DNA of 64,000 nt from positions 101,223 through 165,222 of the forward strand of contig JAJDEQ010000102.1 of the NCBI GenBank assembly GCA_029259695.1, read 5' to 3'. This DNA comes from Planctomycetota bacterium (GTDB lineage: Bacteria > Planctomycetota > B15-G4). Positions 17,942-27,134 of this stretch are shown in pieces; the first letter of the stretch is position 1; each line of letters opens with the position of its first letter. The notes under the pieces are model-generated. The model saw only the letters and a list, made by a program, of their open reading frames with translations. It had not been told where the DNA came from and made no database searches. The translations under genes were made by a program, and so were the position numbers.

Positions 17942-19051
17942 ATGCCGAGCCCGGATGATGCCGGTGTGGAACTCCAGCGCACGATCCACGACGTGACCGA
18001 CCTCGTCTGCGGACAGCTCGAGCAATGCGGGCGGCCCGACACCGACGTGTTGGCGGCGCTGCGTCCCCTCGATCGGGCCGGTCCCGACGACGTGGCCGCC
18101 CTCTATCGGGCCGAGTACACCGCCGCCGCGGAGCAGTCCGCCGCGGGGTGCCTGCTGGTGGGCGACCAGGTGCCGATCGCCTCTCGCAGCGGCCGGGCGA
18201 TCATCCGTGTCGCCGATCCCGAGCAGGCGGTCGATCGCATGGCCGAGACCTGGGGACCGGCCGAGCCGGACCATCCGCCGGCCGGCGTGCACCCGTCGGC
18301 CGTGGTCGAGGCCGGCGCCGAGGTGGATCCCAGCGCGGCGGTGGGGCCGCTGGTCTTCGTGGGCTCCGGTGCCCGCGTGGGGGCACGCACGCGACTGTTG
18401 CCCGGTGCGTACCTCGGGCCGCAGGCGTCGATCGGCTGCGACGGCGTGTTGCACCCGCAGGTCGTGGTCGGCAGCCGCTGCCGACTCGGTGACCGGGTCA
18501 CGGTGTTCGGCGGCACGGTGATCGGTGCCGATGGCTTCGGCTACCGGCAGGGCGACGACGGGCTCAGCGTCAAGGTGCCCCACGTCGGCCACGTGATCGT
18601 GGGCGACGACGTGGAGATCGGCGCCAACAGCAGCATCGACCGCGGGCGGCTCGACGCCACGCAGATCGGCGACGGCTGCAAGATCGACAACCACGTCCAT
18701 GTCGCGCACAACTGCGTGCTCGGGCGGGGCGTGGTGATCGCCGGTCACACGACCATGGCCGGCTCGGCGCGGATCGAGGACTTCGTGCTCGTGGGCGGCG
18801 GCGCAAGGCTCAACGGCCACATCACCGTGGGCCGTGGCGCTAAGGTGGGTGGTTGCGCCGCGGTCACGAAGGACGTGGAGCCGGGGGTCTACGTGGCGGG
18901 CTTCCCCGCGCGTCCCGGCAGTCAGTGGGCGCGCGAGATGGCCAGTCTGACCAAGTTGCCCGACGCCTTGCGCACGCTGCGGCAGGCCGTGGCGGGGCGC
19001 GGCGCTCTCCGTGACGCCGACGACCGGGGGACGGGTGGCGATGGGGCGTAA
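17942..19051 (+). CDS. lpxD: UDP-3-O-(3-hydroxyacyl)glucosamine N-acyltransferase
   Basis: Long left-handed beta-helix hexapeptide region (IGDDVEIGANSSIDRG..IGDGCKIDNHVHVAHNCVLGRGVVIAGH..). ~370 aa, located between bamA and lpxC/fabZ. Confidence 0.85.
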   Translation: MPSPDDAGVELQRTIHDVTDLVCGQLEQCGRPDTDVLAALRPLDRAGPDDVAALYRAEYTAAAEQSAAGCLLVGDQVPIASRSGRAIIRVADPEQAVDRMAETWGPAEPDHPPAGVHPSAVVEAGAEVDPSAAVGPLVFVGSGARVGARTRLLPGAYLGPQASIGCDGVLHPQVVVGSRCRLGDRVTVFGGTVIGADGFGYRQGDDGLSVKVPHVGHVIVGDDVEIGANSSIDRGRLDATQIGDGCKIDNHVHVAHNCVLGRGVVIAGHTTMAGSARIEDFVLVGGGARLNGHITVGRGAKVGGCAAVTKDVEPGVYVAGFPARPGSQWAREMASLTKLPDALRTLRQAVAGRGALRDADDRGTGGDGA

Positions 19052-20345
19052 CCAGCACACGCTCAAGAACCCGTTCGAGCTGAACGGTGTGGGCATCCAC
19101 CGTGGCGAGCCGGTGCGCGTGTCGGTGCGCCCGGGCAAGCCCGACAGCGGCGTGGTGTTCGTGCGCAGCGATCTGCCCGACAGCGACCCGGTGCCCGCCA
19201 GCATGGCGGCCCTGGGCAACTCGGAGCGCCGCACCACGCTGCGCCGCGGCCCGGCGGAGGTGCACACCGTCGAACACCTGCTGGCGGCGCTGTTCAGCAA
19301 GGAGATCGACAACCTGGAGGTGGAGCTCGACGGGCCCGAACTGCCGGGGCTCGACGGCAGCGCGCTGCCGTGGGTCGAGTCGATCGAACAGGCCGGTGTG
19401 GTCGAGCAGAAGGCGCCGCGCAAGGAGTTCGTGATCGAACGCCCGGTGGTGGTGGAGCTCGACGGCGCGGTCTTGTCGGCCTTCCCGACCCATCGGGAGG
19501 GCCTGCACCTGTCGTACACGCTCGACTACCGGAACATGGGTCTGCCGCCGCAGTTCGTGGAGCTGTCGCTGCCCTGTGAGGAGTTCGCGACCGAGTTCGC
19601 ACCGGCGCGCACCTTCGTGTTCGCGTCGGAGGTCGACGCCCTGCGCGACGCGGGGCTGGGGGCCGGTGCCGACTCCGAGAACACCGTGGTGCTCGACGGC
19701 GCGGAGCCGGTGGACGGGGAGCTGCGCTTCCCGGACGAGCCGGCGCGGCACAAACTGCTCGACCTGGTGGGCGACCTGTTCCTGCTGGGCTTCGACCTGC
19801 ACGGCGCCGTGATGGCCACGCGCTCCGGGCACCGGGCGCACCACGAACTCGTGCGTCGCCTGCTGGCCGAGATGGAGCAGGCCGAGACCCACGGTCGCCT
19901 CGTGCGCGACACGGAGATGGACATCCGCGAGATCGCGAGTCTGCTCCCGCACCGCTATCCGTTCCTGCTGGTCGACCGCGTGCTCGAACTCGAGGGCTAC
20001 CGGCGGGCGGTGGGGATCAAGAACGTGTCGGTCAACGAGCCCTTCTTCCAGGGGCACTTTCCCGACCAACCGATCATGCCCGGGGTCCTGATCCTCGAGG
20101 CGCTGGCCCAGTTGGCGGGCACGTTGCTCCTGCGTCGCATGGAGTACACGGGCAAGTTGCCGGTGCTGTGGGCGATCGACAAGGTCAAGCTGCGCCGGGC
20201 AGTCGTGCCCGGGGACCAGTTGCGGCTCGAAGTGGAAGCCACCAAAGTGCGAGACACCATGGGACGCGTCGACTGCATGGCCAAGGTCAACGAACACGTG
20301 GCCGCCGAGGCCCAGATGGTGTTCACCCTCGTGGACGCGGGGTGA
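19040..20345 (+). CDS. lpxC: bifunctional UDP-3-O-acyl-N-acetylglucosamine deacetylase / 3-hydroxyacyl-ACP dehydratase (LpxC-FabZ fusion)
   Basis: ATG at 19040 overlaps the lpxD stop. N-terminal LpxC (NPFELNGVGIHRGEPVRVSVRP..HTVEHLLAAL). C-terminal FabZ hot-dog motif (HRYPFLLVDRVLE..VNEPFFQGHFPDQPIMPGVLILEALAQ). This fusion is characteristic of Bacteroidota/FCB-group genomes. Confidence 0.85.
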
Positions 20346-20352
20346 AGCACGC

Positions 20353-21156
20353 ATGACTGCCACGAAGATCCATCCCACCGCCGTCATCGATCCGTCTGCC
20401 GAACTCGGCACGGGCGTGGAGGTGGGGCCCTACTCGGTGATCGAGGCCGGTGTCGTCGTCGGTGACGACACCCGCATCGGCCCGCACTGCTACCTGGCGA
20501 CGGGCTGTCACCTGGGCAAGCGCAACCAGCTCACCGCGTTCGTGAGCGCCGGGACGGCGGCCCAGGACCTGACCTTCCACGACGCCGAGAGCCGCATCGA
20601 GATCGGGGACGACAACATCATCCGCGAGTACGTGTCGCTCAACCGCGGCACGCCGAAGGAGAACCGGCTGACGACGGTGGGCAGTCACAACATGCTCATG
20701 ACCGGCTGTCACATCGGGCACGACTGCGTGGTGGGCTCGCACATCATCCTGACCAACTGCGTGTTGATCGGCGGTCACTGCCACATCGGTGACTACGTGG
20801 TGGTCAGCGGGCACTCGGGCGTGAGCCAGTTCACGTCCATCGGGCGCGCCGCGTACATCGGCGGCAAGTCGCGCGTGATCCAGGACGTGCCGCCCTTCGT
20901 CAAGGTCGCCGGGAACCCGGCCGAAGTGCGCATGGTCAACGAGATCGGCATGCAGCGGGCGAGCATCGATCGCGCGGACATCGACGAGATCAAGCACATC
21001 TACCGCACCATCTTCCGCCGCGGCAGCAGCGTGGTGGAGGAGGCCCACAACCTGATCAACGACGACTCGAGCCTGGTGCGCGAGCTGGCCGAGTTCCTGC
21101 TGCGCAAGGAGGCCGGACGCTACGGCCGCTACCGGGAGAGCCTGCGTGGTCACTAG
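20353..21156 (+). CDS. lpxA: acyl-ACP--UDP-N-acetylglucosamine O-acyltransferase
   Basis: MTATKIHPTAVIDPSAELGTGVEVGPYSVIEAGVVVGDDTRIGPHCY hexapeptide N-terminus, ~267 aa. Ends with TAG, overlapped by the start of the next gene. Confidence 0.85.
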   Translation: MTATKIHPTAVIDPSAELGTGVEVGPYSVIEAGVVVGDDTRIGPHCYLATGCHLGKRNQLTAFVSAGTAAQDLTFHDAESRIEIGDDNIIREYVSLNRGTPKENRLTTVGSHNMLMTGCHIGHDCVVGSHIILTNCVLIGGHCHIGDYVVVSGHSGVSQFTSIGRAAYIGGKSRVIQDVPPFVKVAGNPAEVRMVNEIGMQRASIDRADIDEIKHIYRTIFRRGSSVVEEAHNLINDDSSLVRELAEFLLRKEAGRYGRYRESLRGH

Positions 21157-22174
21157 CGACGAGCGGACGATCAAGGCGGCCGTTGTCGGCGTCGGACACC
21201 TGGGGCGCTTCCACGCCAAGCTGATGGCCCAGGTGCCGGGTGTCGAGCTGTGCGCGCTGGTCGACCCGCGGCCCGAAGTGGACGCGCTGGCCGGCGAACT
21301 GGGCGTGCCGCGTCTCGACGGCATCGACGCGCTGCCCGCCGATCTCGACGTGGCGTCCGTGGCCGTGCCGACGACGGGCCACCACGCCACGGTGTGTCCC
21401 CTGCTCGAGCGCGGCGTGCACGTGCTGGTCGAGAAGCCCATGGCGGCCACGCTGGAGGAGGCCCGCGCCATGGCGGCCCTGGCGGAGGACCGCGGGCTGG
21501 TGCTGCAGGTCGGGCACATCGAGCGCTTCAATCCCGCTCTCTCCGTGCTTCGCCGATTAGACGTGCAACCGCGCTTCATCGTGGCCGAGCGTCTGGCGCC
21601 CTTCAACTTCCGCACGCTCGACGTGAGCGTGGTCATGGACCTGATGATCCACGACATCGACATCGTGCTCGACCTGGCCGGCGCGCCGCTGAGCGAGGTG
21701 CAGGCCGTGGGCAGCCCGGTGCTGAGTGGTCACGTCGACCTGGCCAACGCGCGCCTGACCTTCGAGAACGGCTGCGTGGCCAACGTGACCGCCAGCCGCG
21801 TGTCCTTCGAGCCCGTGCGCAAGGCGCGCGTGTTCGGCGCCGACACGTTCGTGAGCATGGACTTCGCCTCCCGTCGCGCGTTCGTGGTCAAGATGGCCGC
21901 GGGCTTCGATGCGGGCTCGCTGGGTGCCACCGACGCCGAGCGCATGGCCGCGGCGGGCAGCTACAAGGAGTTCGTGCAGCAGGGCCTGATGGAGCTGCAG
22001 GAGATCGACATGGACGAGAGCAACCCGCTGCTCTCCGAGATCACGGCCTTCGTCGACACCGTGCGTGGGCGCGCGGCGGCGGTCTCGGAAGGCGTCACGG
22101 CGCAGCAGGGACTGCGCGCCATGGACGTCGCGCTGCAGATCAGCGATCAGATCGCCGCGCACCGCTGGGCCTGA
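21146..22174 (+). CDS. Gfo/Idh/MocA family NAD(P)-dependent oxidoreductase (possible UDP-GlcNAc 3-dehydrogenase GnnA-like, given lipid A context)
   Basis: GTG start overlapping the lpxA stop. N-terminal Rossmann motif KAAVVGVGHLGRFHAKLM and the conserved Gfo/Idh/MocA EKP motif (VLVEKPMA). Immediately downstream of lpxA where lpxB usually sits. Confidence 0.75.
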   Translation: MVTSDERTIKAAVVGVGHLGRFHAKLMAQVPGVELCALVDPRPEVDALAGELGVPRLDGIDALPADLDVASVAVPTTGHHATVCPLLERGVHVLVEKPMAATLEEARAMAALAEDRGLVLQVGHIERFNPALSVLRRLDVQPRFIVAERLAPFNFRTLDVSVVMDLMIHDIDIVLDLAGAPLSEVQAVGSPVLSGHVDLANARLTFENGCVANVTASRVSFEPVRKARVFGADTFVSMDFASRRAFVVKMAAGFDAGSLGATDAERMAAAGSYKEFVQQGLMELQEIDMDESNPLLSEITAFVDTVRGRAAAVSEGVTAQQGLRAMDVALQISDQIAAHRWA

Positions 22175-22199
22175 CGCCGTGGCCCCCGACGCTGCCGAC

Positions 22200-25100
22200 A
22201 TGCCCGCCGGTCCCGCGACCCGCGCCTTCCCCGAGATCCCGGGCGACACCGAGCTCGAACAGCTCGTGCTGCAACGCTGGGACGAGCACGACGTGGACTC
22301 CCGCGCGCTGGTGCACCGCTCGGGAGCCGATCCGTTCGTGTTCTTCGAGGGGCCGCCCACGGCCAACGGGCGCCCGGCGATCCACCACGTGTTCTCGCGC
22401 ACGCTCAAGGACACGGTCTGCCGCTTCCAGTCCATGCGCGGGTACTTCGTGCCGCGCAAGGCGGGCTGGGACACGCAGGGCTTGCCGGTGGAGATCGAGG
22501 TGCAGAAGTCCCTCGGCATCTCGTCCCGGCCCGAGATCGAGGAACTGGGCATCGTCGAGTTCAACCGGCTGTGCAAGCAGTCGGTGGGCAAGTACCTCGA
22601 CGACTGGCTGGCGCTCTCGCGGCGCATGGCCTACTGGCTCGACTACGACCGGCCCTACGTCACCTACGCGCCCGAGTACATCGAGTCGTGCTGGGCGATC
22701 CTGGCGCGCTTCCACCAGGCGGGCATGCTCGAGCGCGACTTCAAGGTGCTGCCCTACTGCCCGTCGTGCAGCACCGGCCTGTCGAACCACGAACTGGCCC
22801 AGGGCTACGAGGACGTGCAGGACCCGTCGGTGTTCGTGCGCTTCGGCGTGGACGCGGCGACCTGGGGCCGGCACTTCGCGGGCCGCCTGCCCGACACGGA
22901 TCCCGCCCTGGCGGCGGTGGCGTCGGGTGACCGGGAACTGTCGTTGCTCGTGTGGACCACCACGCCCTGGACGTTGTTCTCCAACACGGCGGTGGCCGTC
23001 CACCCGGACCAGGCCTACGCCGTCGTCGAGTCGGGGGACGAGTTGTTCCTGCTGGCCCGCCCGCGCGTCGAAGCTGTGTTGGGCGACGACGCGGTCGTGC
23101 TGGCGGAAGTGGACGGCGCGTTGCTGCTCGACCTGCCCTACCAGCGTCCGCTCGAGCACGTGTCGCCCGAGGACGAACCGGGGCCCACGGCCTGGACCGT
23201 GCGGCACGCGGACTTCGTCACCATGGACGACGGCACCGGCATCGTGCACATCGCCCCGGCCTTCGGCGTGGACGACTTCGGCGTTCGCCAGCGCGACGGG
23301 TTGCCGCTGCTGCTCCCGGTGGACGACCAGGGCCGCTTCACCGCCGATGTCGAGCCGTTCCAGGGGCGCTTCGTCAAGGAGGCCGACCGCGACATCATCG
23401 CGCTGCTCAAGGAGACCGGGCGGCTCCACTCCCGGGCCACGATCGACCACAGCTATCCGCACTGCTGGCGCTGTCGCTCGCCGCTGCTCTACATGGCGCG
23501 TCCGAGCTGGTACCTGCGCACCACGCGCCTGCGCGACCGCCTGGTCGAGCTGAACGCCACGATCGACTGGCAGCCGCCCGAGATCGGGCACGGACGCTTC
23601 GGCGAGTGGCTGCGCAACAACGTCGACTGGGCCATCAGTCGCGAACGCTACTGGGGCACGCCGCTCAACGTGTGGATCTGCGAGGGCTGCGACGGCGAGC
23701 GCGCGCCGTCCAGTTTCGAGGAACTCGACCTGCCGGACGGCTTCGACCCGCACCGCCCGTTCATCGACGAGATCACCCTGCCCTGCGCCGACTGCGGCGG
23801 CGTCATGCGGCGCACGCCCGAGGTGATCGACTGCTGGTTCGACTCGGGCGCCATGCCCTTCGCCCAGGCCGGCTGGCCCAAGGCCACCGGCGGCGAGTTG
23901 CCCGAGTTCTTCCCCGGCGCCTTCATCTCCGAGGGCCTCGACCAGACCCGCGGTTGGTTCTACACGCTGCACGTGATCTCGACCTTCCTGACCGATCAGG
24001 TGGCCTACAAGAGCTGCCTGGTGAACAACCTGGTGCTCGACGCCAGCGGCAAGAAGATGAGCAAGTCGCGCGGCAACGTGGTCGACCCATGGGCCATGTT
24101 CGAGAAGGCCGGCGCCGACGCCGTGCGCTGGTTCTTCCTGAGCCAGGGCCAGGTGTGGTTGCCCAAGCGCTTCGACGAACGGGTCGTGCTCGACGCGGCG
24201 CGACGCACCTTCGGGACGCTGCGCAACTGCTACGCGTTCCTCGCGCTGTACGCCAACCTCGACGGCTGGTCACCCGGTGACGCGGCGCCGCCCGCGGCCG
24301 AGCGGGCCTCGATCGACCGCTGGCTGGCGAGTCGCCTGCAGACGCTCACCGAGCGCGTGACCGACTCGCTGCAGTCGCTCGAACTGCACGAAGCCGCCCG
24401 CCTGATCGACGCCTTCGTCGACGAGGAGCTGAGCAACTGGTACGTGCGGCGCAACCGCGCGCGCTTCTGGAAGTCCGGCGACGACGGCGACAAGCGGGCG
24501 GCGTTCGCCACCCTGGCCGAGGCGCTCGAGCGGGTGGCGCTGTTGCTGGCCCCGGGCGTGCCGTTCCTGGCGGACTGGTTGTGGGGCGCGGTGACGGGTG
24601 CTGGTGCGGCCGAATCGGTGCACCTGGCCGATTGGCCGGAGGTCGACAAGGCACGCATCGACACCGAACTCGAAGCCGACATGTCGGTGGTGCTCGCGGC
24701 CGTGGGACTGGGACGCTCGGTGCGCGCCACCCACGACCTGCGCACGCGCCAGCCCCTGGCCCGTTGCCTGGTCAAGGCCGCCGACGCTGCCGACGGGGCG
24801 CGCCTGGCCCGCCCCGAACTGGCGCGGCTGGTGGCCGAGGAACTCAACGTGCGCGCGGTCGACGTGGTGCAGGTGGCCGACTTCCGCGAGCTGTCCGCCA
24901 AGCCCGACTTCAAGCGCCTCGGCCCGCGCTTCGGCAAGCGCATGAAGCTGATCGCCGGTGCGGTGGGCAAGCTCGACGAGGACGCCCTGTTGGCCTTCGA
25001 GGCGAGCGGCACGTTGTCGGTCGAGGTCGACGGGGAGCAGGTCGTGCTCGAACGGGACGACGTGCAACTCGTCGAGCAGGGGCGCGAAGGCTACGCCGTG

Positions 25101-25412
25101 GCGGGCGACGGCCGGCTGGTCCTGGCGCTCGACACGACGCTGGACGACGAGCTGATCTCCGAGGGGGTGGCGCGGGAGATCGTCAACCGCGTGCAGAACA
25201 CGCGCAAGCAGACCGGGCTCGACGTGTCCGATCGCGTCGTGGTGCACCTCGCCGGTGACGACGAACTGCTGACGGCGGCGGGGCGGCACGAGGCGCTGAT
25301 CCTGGCCGAGGTGTTGGGGACGCGGTTGGTTTGTGGTGAGGGCGACGGGGCGGGCGGGACCGAGTTCGATGTGGATGGGCGGGTGTTGCGGGTGGGGGTG
25401 GAGAGGGTCTGA
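22200..25412 (+). CDS. ileS: isoleucine--tRNA ligase
   Basis: Start at ATG 22200 (ORF offset 45 codons, just after the upstream stop). HIGH-region equivalent (PTANGRPAIHHVFSRTLKD), KMSKS motif (KMSKSRGN), ~1070 aa class I editing synthetase architecture. Confidence 0.9.
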   Translation: MPAGPATRAFPEIPGDTELEQLVLQRWDEHDVDSRALVHRSGADPFVFFEGPPTANGRPAIHHVFSRTLKDTVCRFQSMRGYFVPRKAGWDTQGLPVEIEVQKSLGISSRPEIEELGIVEFNRLCKQSVGKYLDDWLALSRRMAYWLDYDRPYVTYAPEYIESCWAILARFHQAGMLERDFKVLPYCPSCSTGLSNHELAQGYEDVQDPSVFVRFGVDAATWGRHFAGRLPDTDPALAAVASGDRELSLLVWTTTPWTLFSNTAVAVHPDQAYAVVESGDELFLLARPRVEAVLGDDAVVLAEVDGALLLDLPYQRPLEHVSPEDEPGPTAWTVRHADFVTMDDGTGIVHIAPAFGVDDFGVRQRDGLPLLLPVDDQGRFTADVEPFQGRFVKEADRDIIALLKETGRLHSRATIDHSYPHCWRCRSPLLYMARPSWYLRTTRLRDRLVELNATIDWQPPEIGHGRFGEWLRNNVDWAISRERYWGTPLNVWICEGCDGERAPSSFEELDLPDGFDPHRPFIDEITLPCADCGGVMRRTPEVIDCWFDSGAMPFAQAGWPKATGGELPEFFPGAFISEGLDQTRGWFYTLHVISTFLTDQVAYKSCLVNNLVLDASGKKMSKSRGNVVDPWAMFEKAGADAVRWFFLSQGQVWLPKRFDERVVLDAARRTFGTLRNCYAFLALYANLDGWSPGDAAPPAAERASIDRWLASRLQTLTERVTDSLQSLELHEAARLIDAFVDEELSNWYVRRNRARFWKSGDDGDKRAAFATLAEALERVALLLAPGVPFLADWLWGAVTGAGAAESVHLADWPEVDKARIDTELEADMSVVLAAVGLGRSVRATHDLRTRQPLARCLVKAADAADGARLARPELARLVAEELNVRAVDVVQVADFRELSAKPDFKRLGPRFGKRMKLIAGAVGKLDEDALLAFEASGTLSVEVDGEQVVLERDDVQLVEQGREGYAVAGDGRLVLALDTTLDDELISEGVAREIVNRVQNTRKQTGLDVSDRVVVHLAGDDELLTAAGRHEALILAEVLGTRLVCGEGDGAGGTEFDVDGRVLRVGVERV

Positions 25413-25421
25413 CGGGTGTGA

Positions 25422-25574
25422 GCCGTGGGGTGGGGGATGAAGTCCGCCGCTCCGGTCAGTCCTCGCGCCGACACATGCGGCTTGCACGCAGTCTCGAGAC
25501 TGATCGGTTGCTGTGTGCAATCGATGGGGGGCGCTGTGGAATCTCGCGGCGGACTTCATCCCCCACCCCACGGC
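25422..25574. repeat. ~153 bp element bounded by perfect 29 bp inverted repeats with nested palindromes (MITE-like element or structured RNA)
   Basis: Left arm GCCGTGGGGTGGGGGATGAAGTCCGCCGC (25422-25450) is the exact reverse complement of 25546-25574. The 95 nt spacer contains the 14 nt palindrome CAGTCTCGAGACTG and an imperfect TTGCACGCAG/CTGTGTGCAA pair. Lies in the 420 bp ileS/GGDEF convergent intergenic region. Confidence 0.5.
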
Positions 25575-25831
25575 CGCCAACGTCGGTGGGGAGGGAAGAC
25601 CGGCTGCCCAGGATCGAGGGGGACTGAGGTGCGGCGCGTGCAGCCTGATGGCGGTGAGAGACTGGCTGCCCGGGGGTGAGGCGGACTGGGGCGCGGGGCG
25701 TTGCAGCCGTGCGTTCGCTCGCGCCGGCCGCCCGCGCCCGCTCAACCCTCCACCCCCTCCGGCAGCCGTGCTTCCCCTCTCTCCCCTGAAGGGCGAGGTG
25801 CCCCCTGCCCCGGCCAACCCCCAACAGGCCC

Positions 25832-26818
25832 CTAAGCCTCGCCCTTCTTCTTCTCCGTCTTGGCCTCGGCCTTCGGCACCTGCTGGCGCACGATGCCGTC
25901 GAAGACGCAGATGCCGTCGCGGCCCAGGCGCTTGGCTTCGAGCAGGGCGTGGTCGGCGCCCTGCTGCGTGGCCTCGAAGCTGCGCTCGCCTGTGGGCGAC
26001 CAGCTGGCCACGCCCATGGAGACGGTGAGTCGGGCGCTGTGATCGCGGTCGCGGATCTCGAGTTCGCGCACACTGCGTTGGAGGCGCTCAGCGATGGTCA
26101 CCGCGTCGGCCAGCTTGGTGTTGGGCAACAGCACGGCGAACTCGTCGCCGCCGAGACGCGCAGGCACGTCGAACTCACGCAGGCCGCCTTGCAGCGCCCG
26201 GGCGAAGGTGCGCAGGGTGTGGTCGCCGAAAGCGTGATCGCAGTCGTCATTGATGCGCTTGAAGTCGTCGAAGTCGATCATGATCACGCCCAGGGGGTGC
26301 TCCTGGCGCTGGGCCCGGGACATCTCCTGGTGGCTGCGCTGCTTGAAGTGCCGGTCGTTGAACAGGCCCGTCTTGAAGTCGGTGATCGTCTTCTGGAGCA
26401 GGTCGTCGCGCTCGGCGTTGAGCCGGCCGATGGCCTCGTTGCGGGTCACGGCGATGCGCACCCGCCGGGCGATGGCCTTCGCGTGCAGGTCCGTGGGGAC
26501 GAAGTCGTCCACTTCCACGGCGAGGTCGTGGGTCAGCTCGGGGCCCAGGAGCGTCTCCGGGGCGTCGGTCATGACCAGCAGGGCCGGGCCGCCCGGATCC
26601 CGGGCCAGGCGCAGCAGGCTTCCCAGTTCGGGGCCCGCCGGGTCGTCCGAGAGGGAGGCCAGCAGGACCGCGTCCGGGCCCCATTCCCGGGCCTGGGCCC
26701 AGGTGGAGGCCATATTGTTGCTCAGGCGCACTTCGAGCCCTCGGGCGGCCAGCTCATCGGCGAGATCGGGCCGTCCCGGGCTGCTGTGCAGGGCCAGGAG
26801 GATCTTGGGGGCGCGCAT
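25832..26818 (-). CDS. GGDEF-domain diguanylate cyclase with N-terminal receiver-like (possibly degenerate) domain
   Basis: Start chosen at MRAPKILLALHSS (codon 64 of the long ORF; the upstream part is Pro/Arg low-complexity). Active-site motif RLGGDEFAVLL, with DFKTGLFN and MIDFDDFKRINDDCDHAFGD upstream. The receiver-like region lacks a clear phospho-acceptor Asp. Confidence 0.7.
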   Translation of the reverse strand: MRAPKILLALHSSPGRPDLADELAARGLEVRLSNNMASTWAQAREWGPDAVLLASLSDDPAGPELGSLLRLARDPGGPALLVMTDAPETLLGPELTHDLAVEVDDFVPTDLHAKAIARRVRIAVTRNEAIGRLNAERDDLLQKTITDFKTGLFNDRHFKQRSHQEMSRAQRQEHPLGVIMIDFDDFKRINDDCDHAFGDHTLRTFARALQGGLREFDVPARLGGDEFAVLLPNTKLADAVTIAERLQRSVRELEIRDRDHSARLTVSMGVASWSPTGERSFEATQQGADHALLEAKRLGRDGICVFDGIVRQQVPKAEAKTEKKKGEA

Positions 26819-27134
26819 CGGATGCCTTTGACTGGAAGCTATCCCGGAACCCGGCGCGGAGCAATCGCGCTGCGGGGGCTGGGGGGGCATGTTCGATTGC
26901 GGCTGCATGGCCTCTTTGTTAGCGTGATCCGCCCTTTGCCTGTTGCTCGGGGTAAAGGTTCCAACCGTCGGCGACCCGGGACGTGGTGCCCGGGGCGGGC
27001 GGGCCATGGCCGGGTCATCGCTTCGTGCGGGTCCTGGCAGGTCCTTCCGGCCCCCTCACGTTGCCCCCGAATGCAGCCGGCGCACCACTCGACCGAGAGG
27101 TCGGAGCGAGACGCATGATGATGGAGATGATTTT

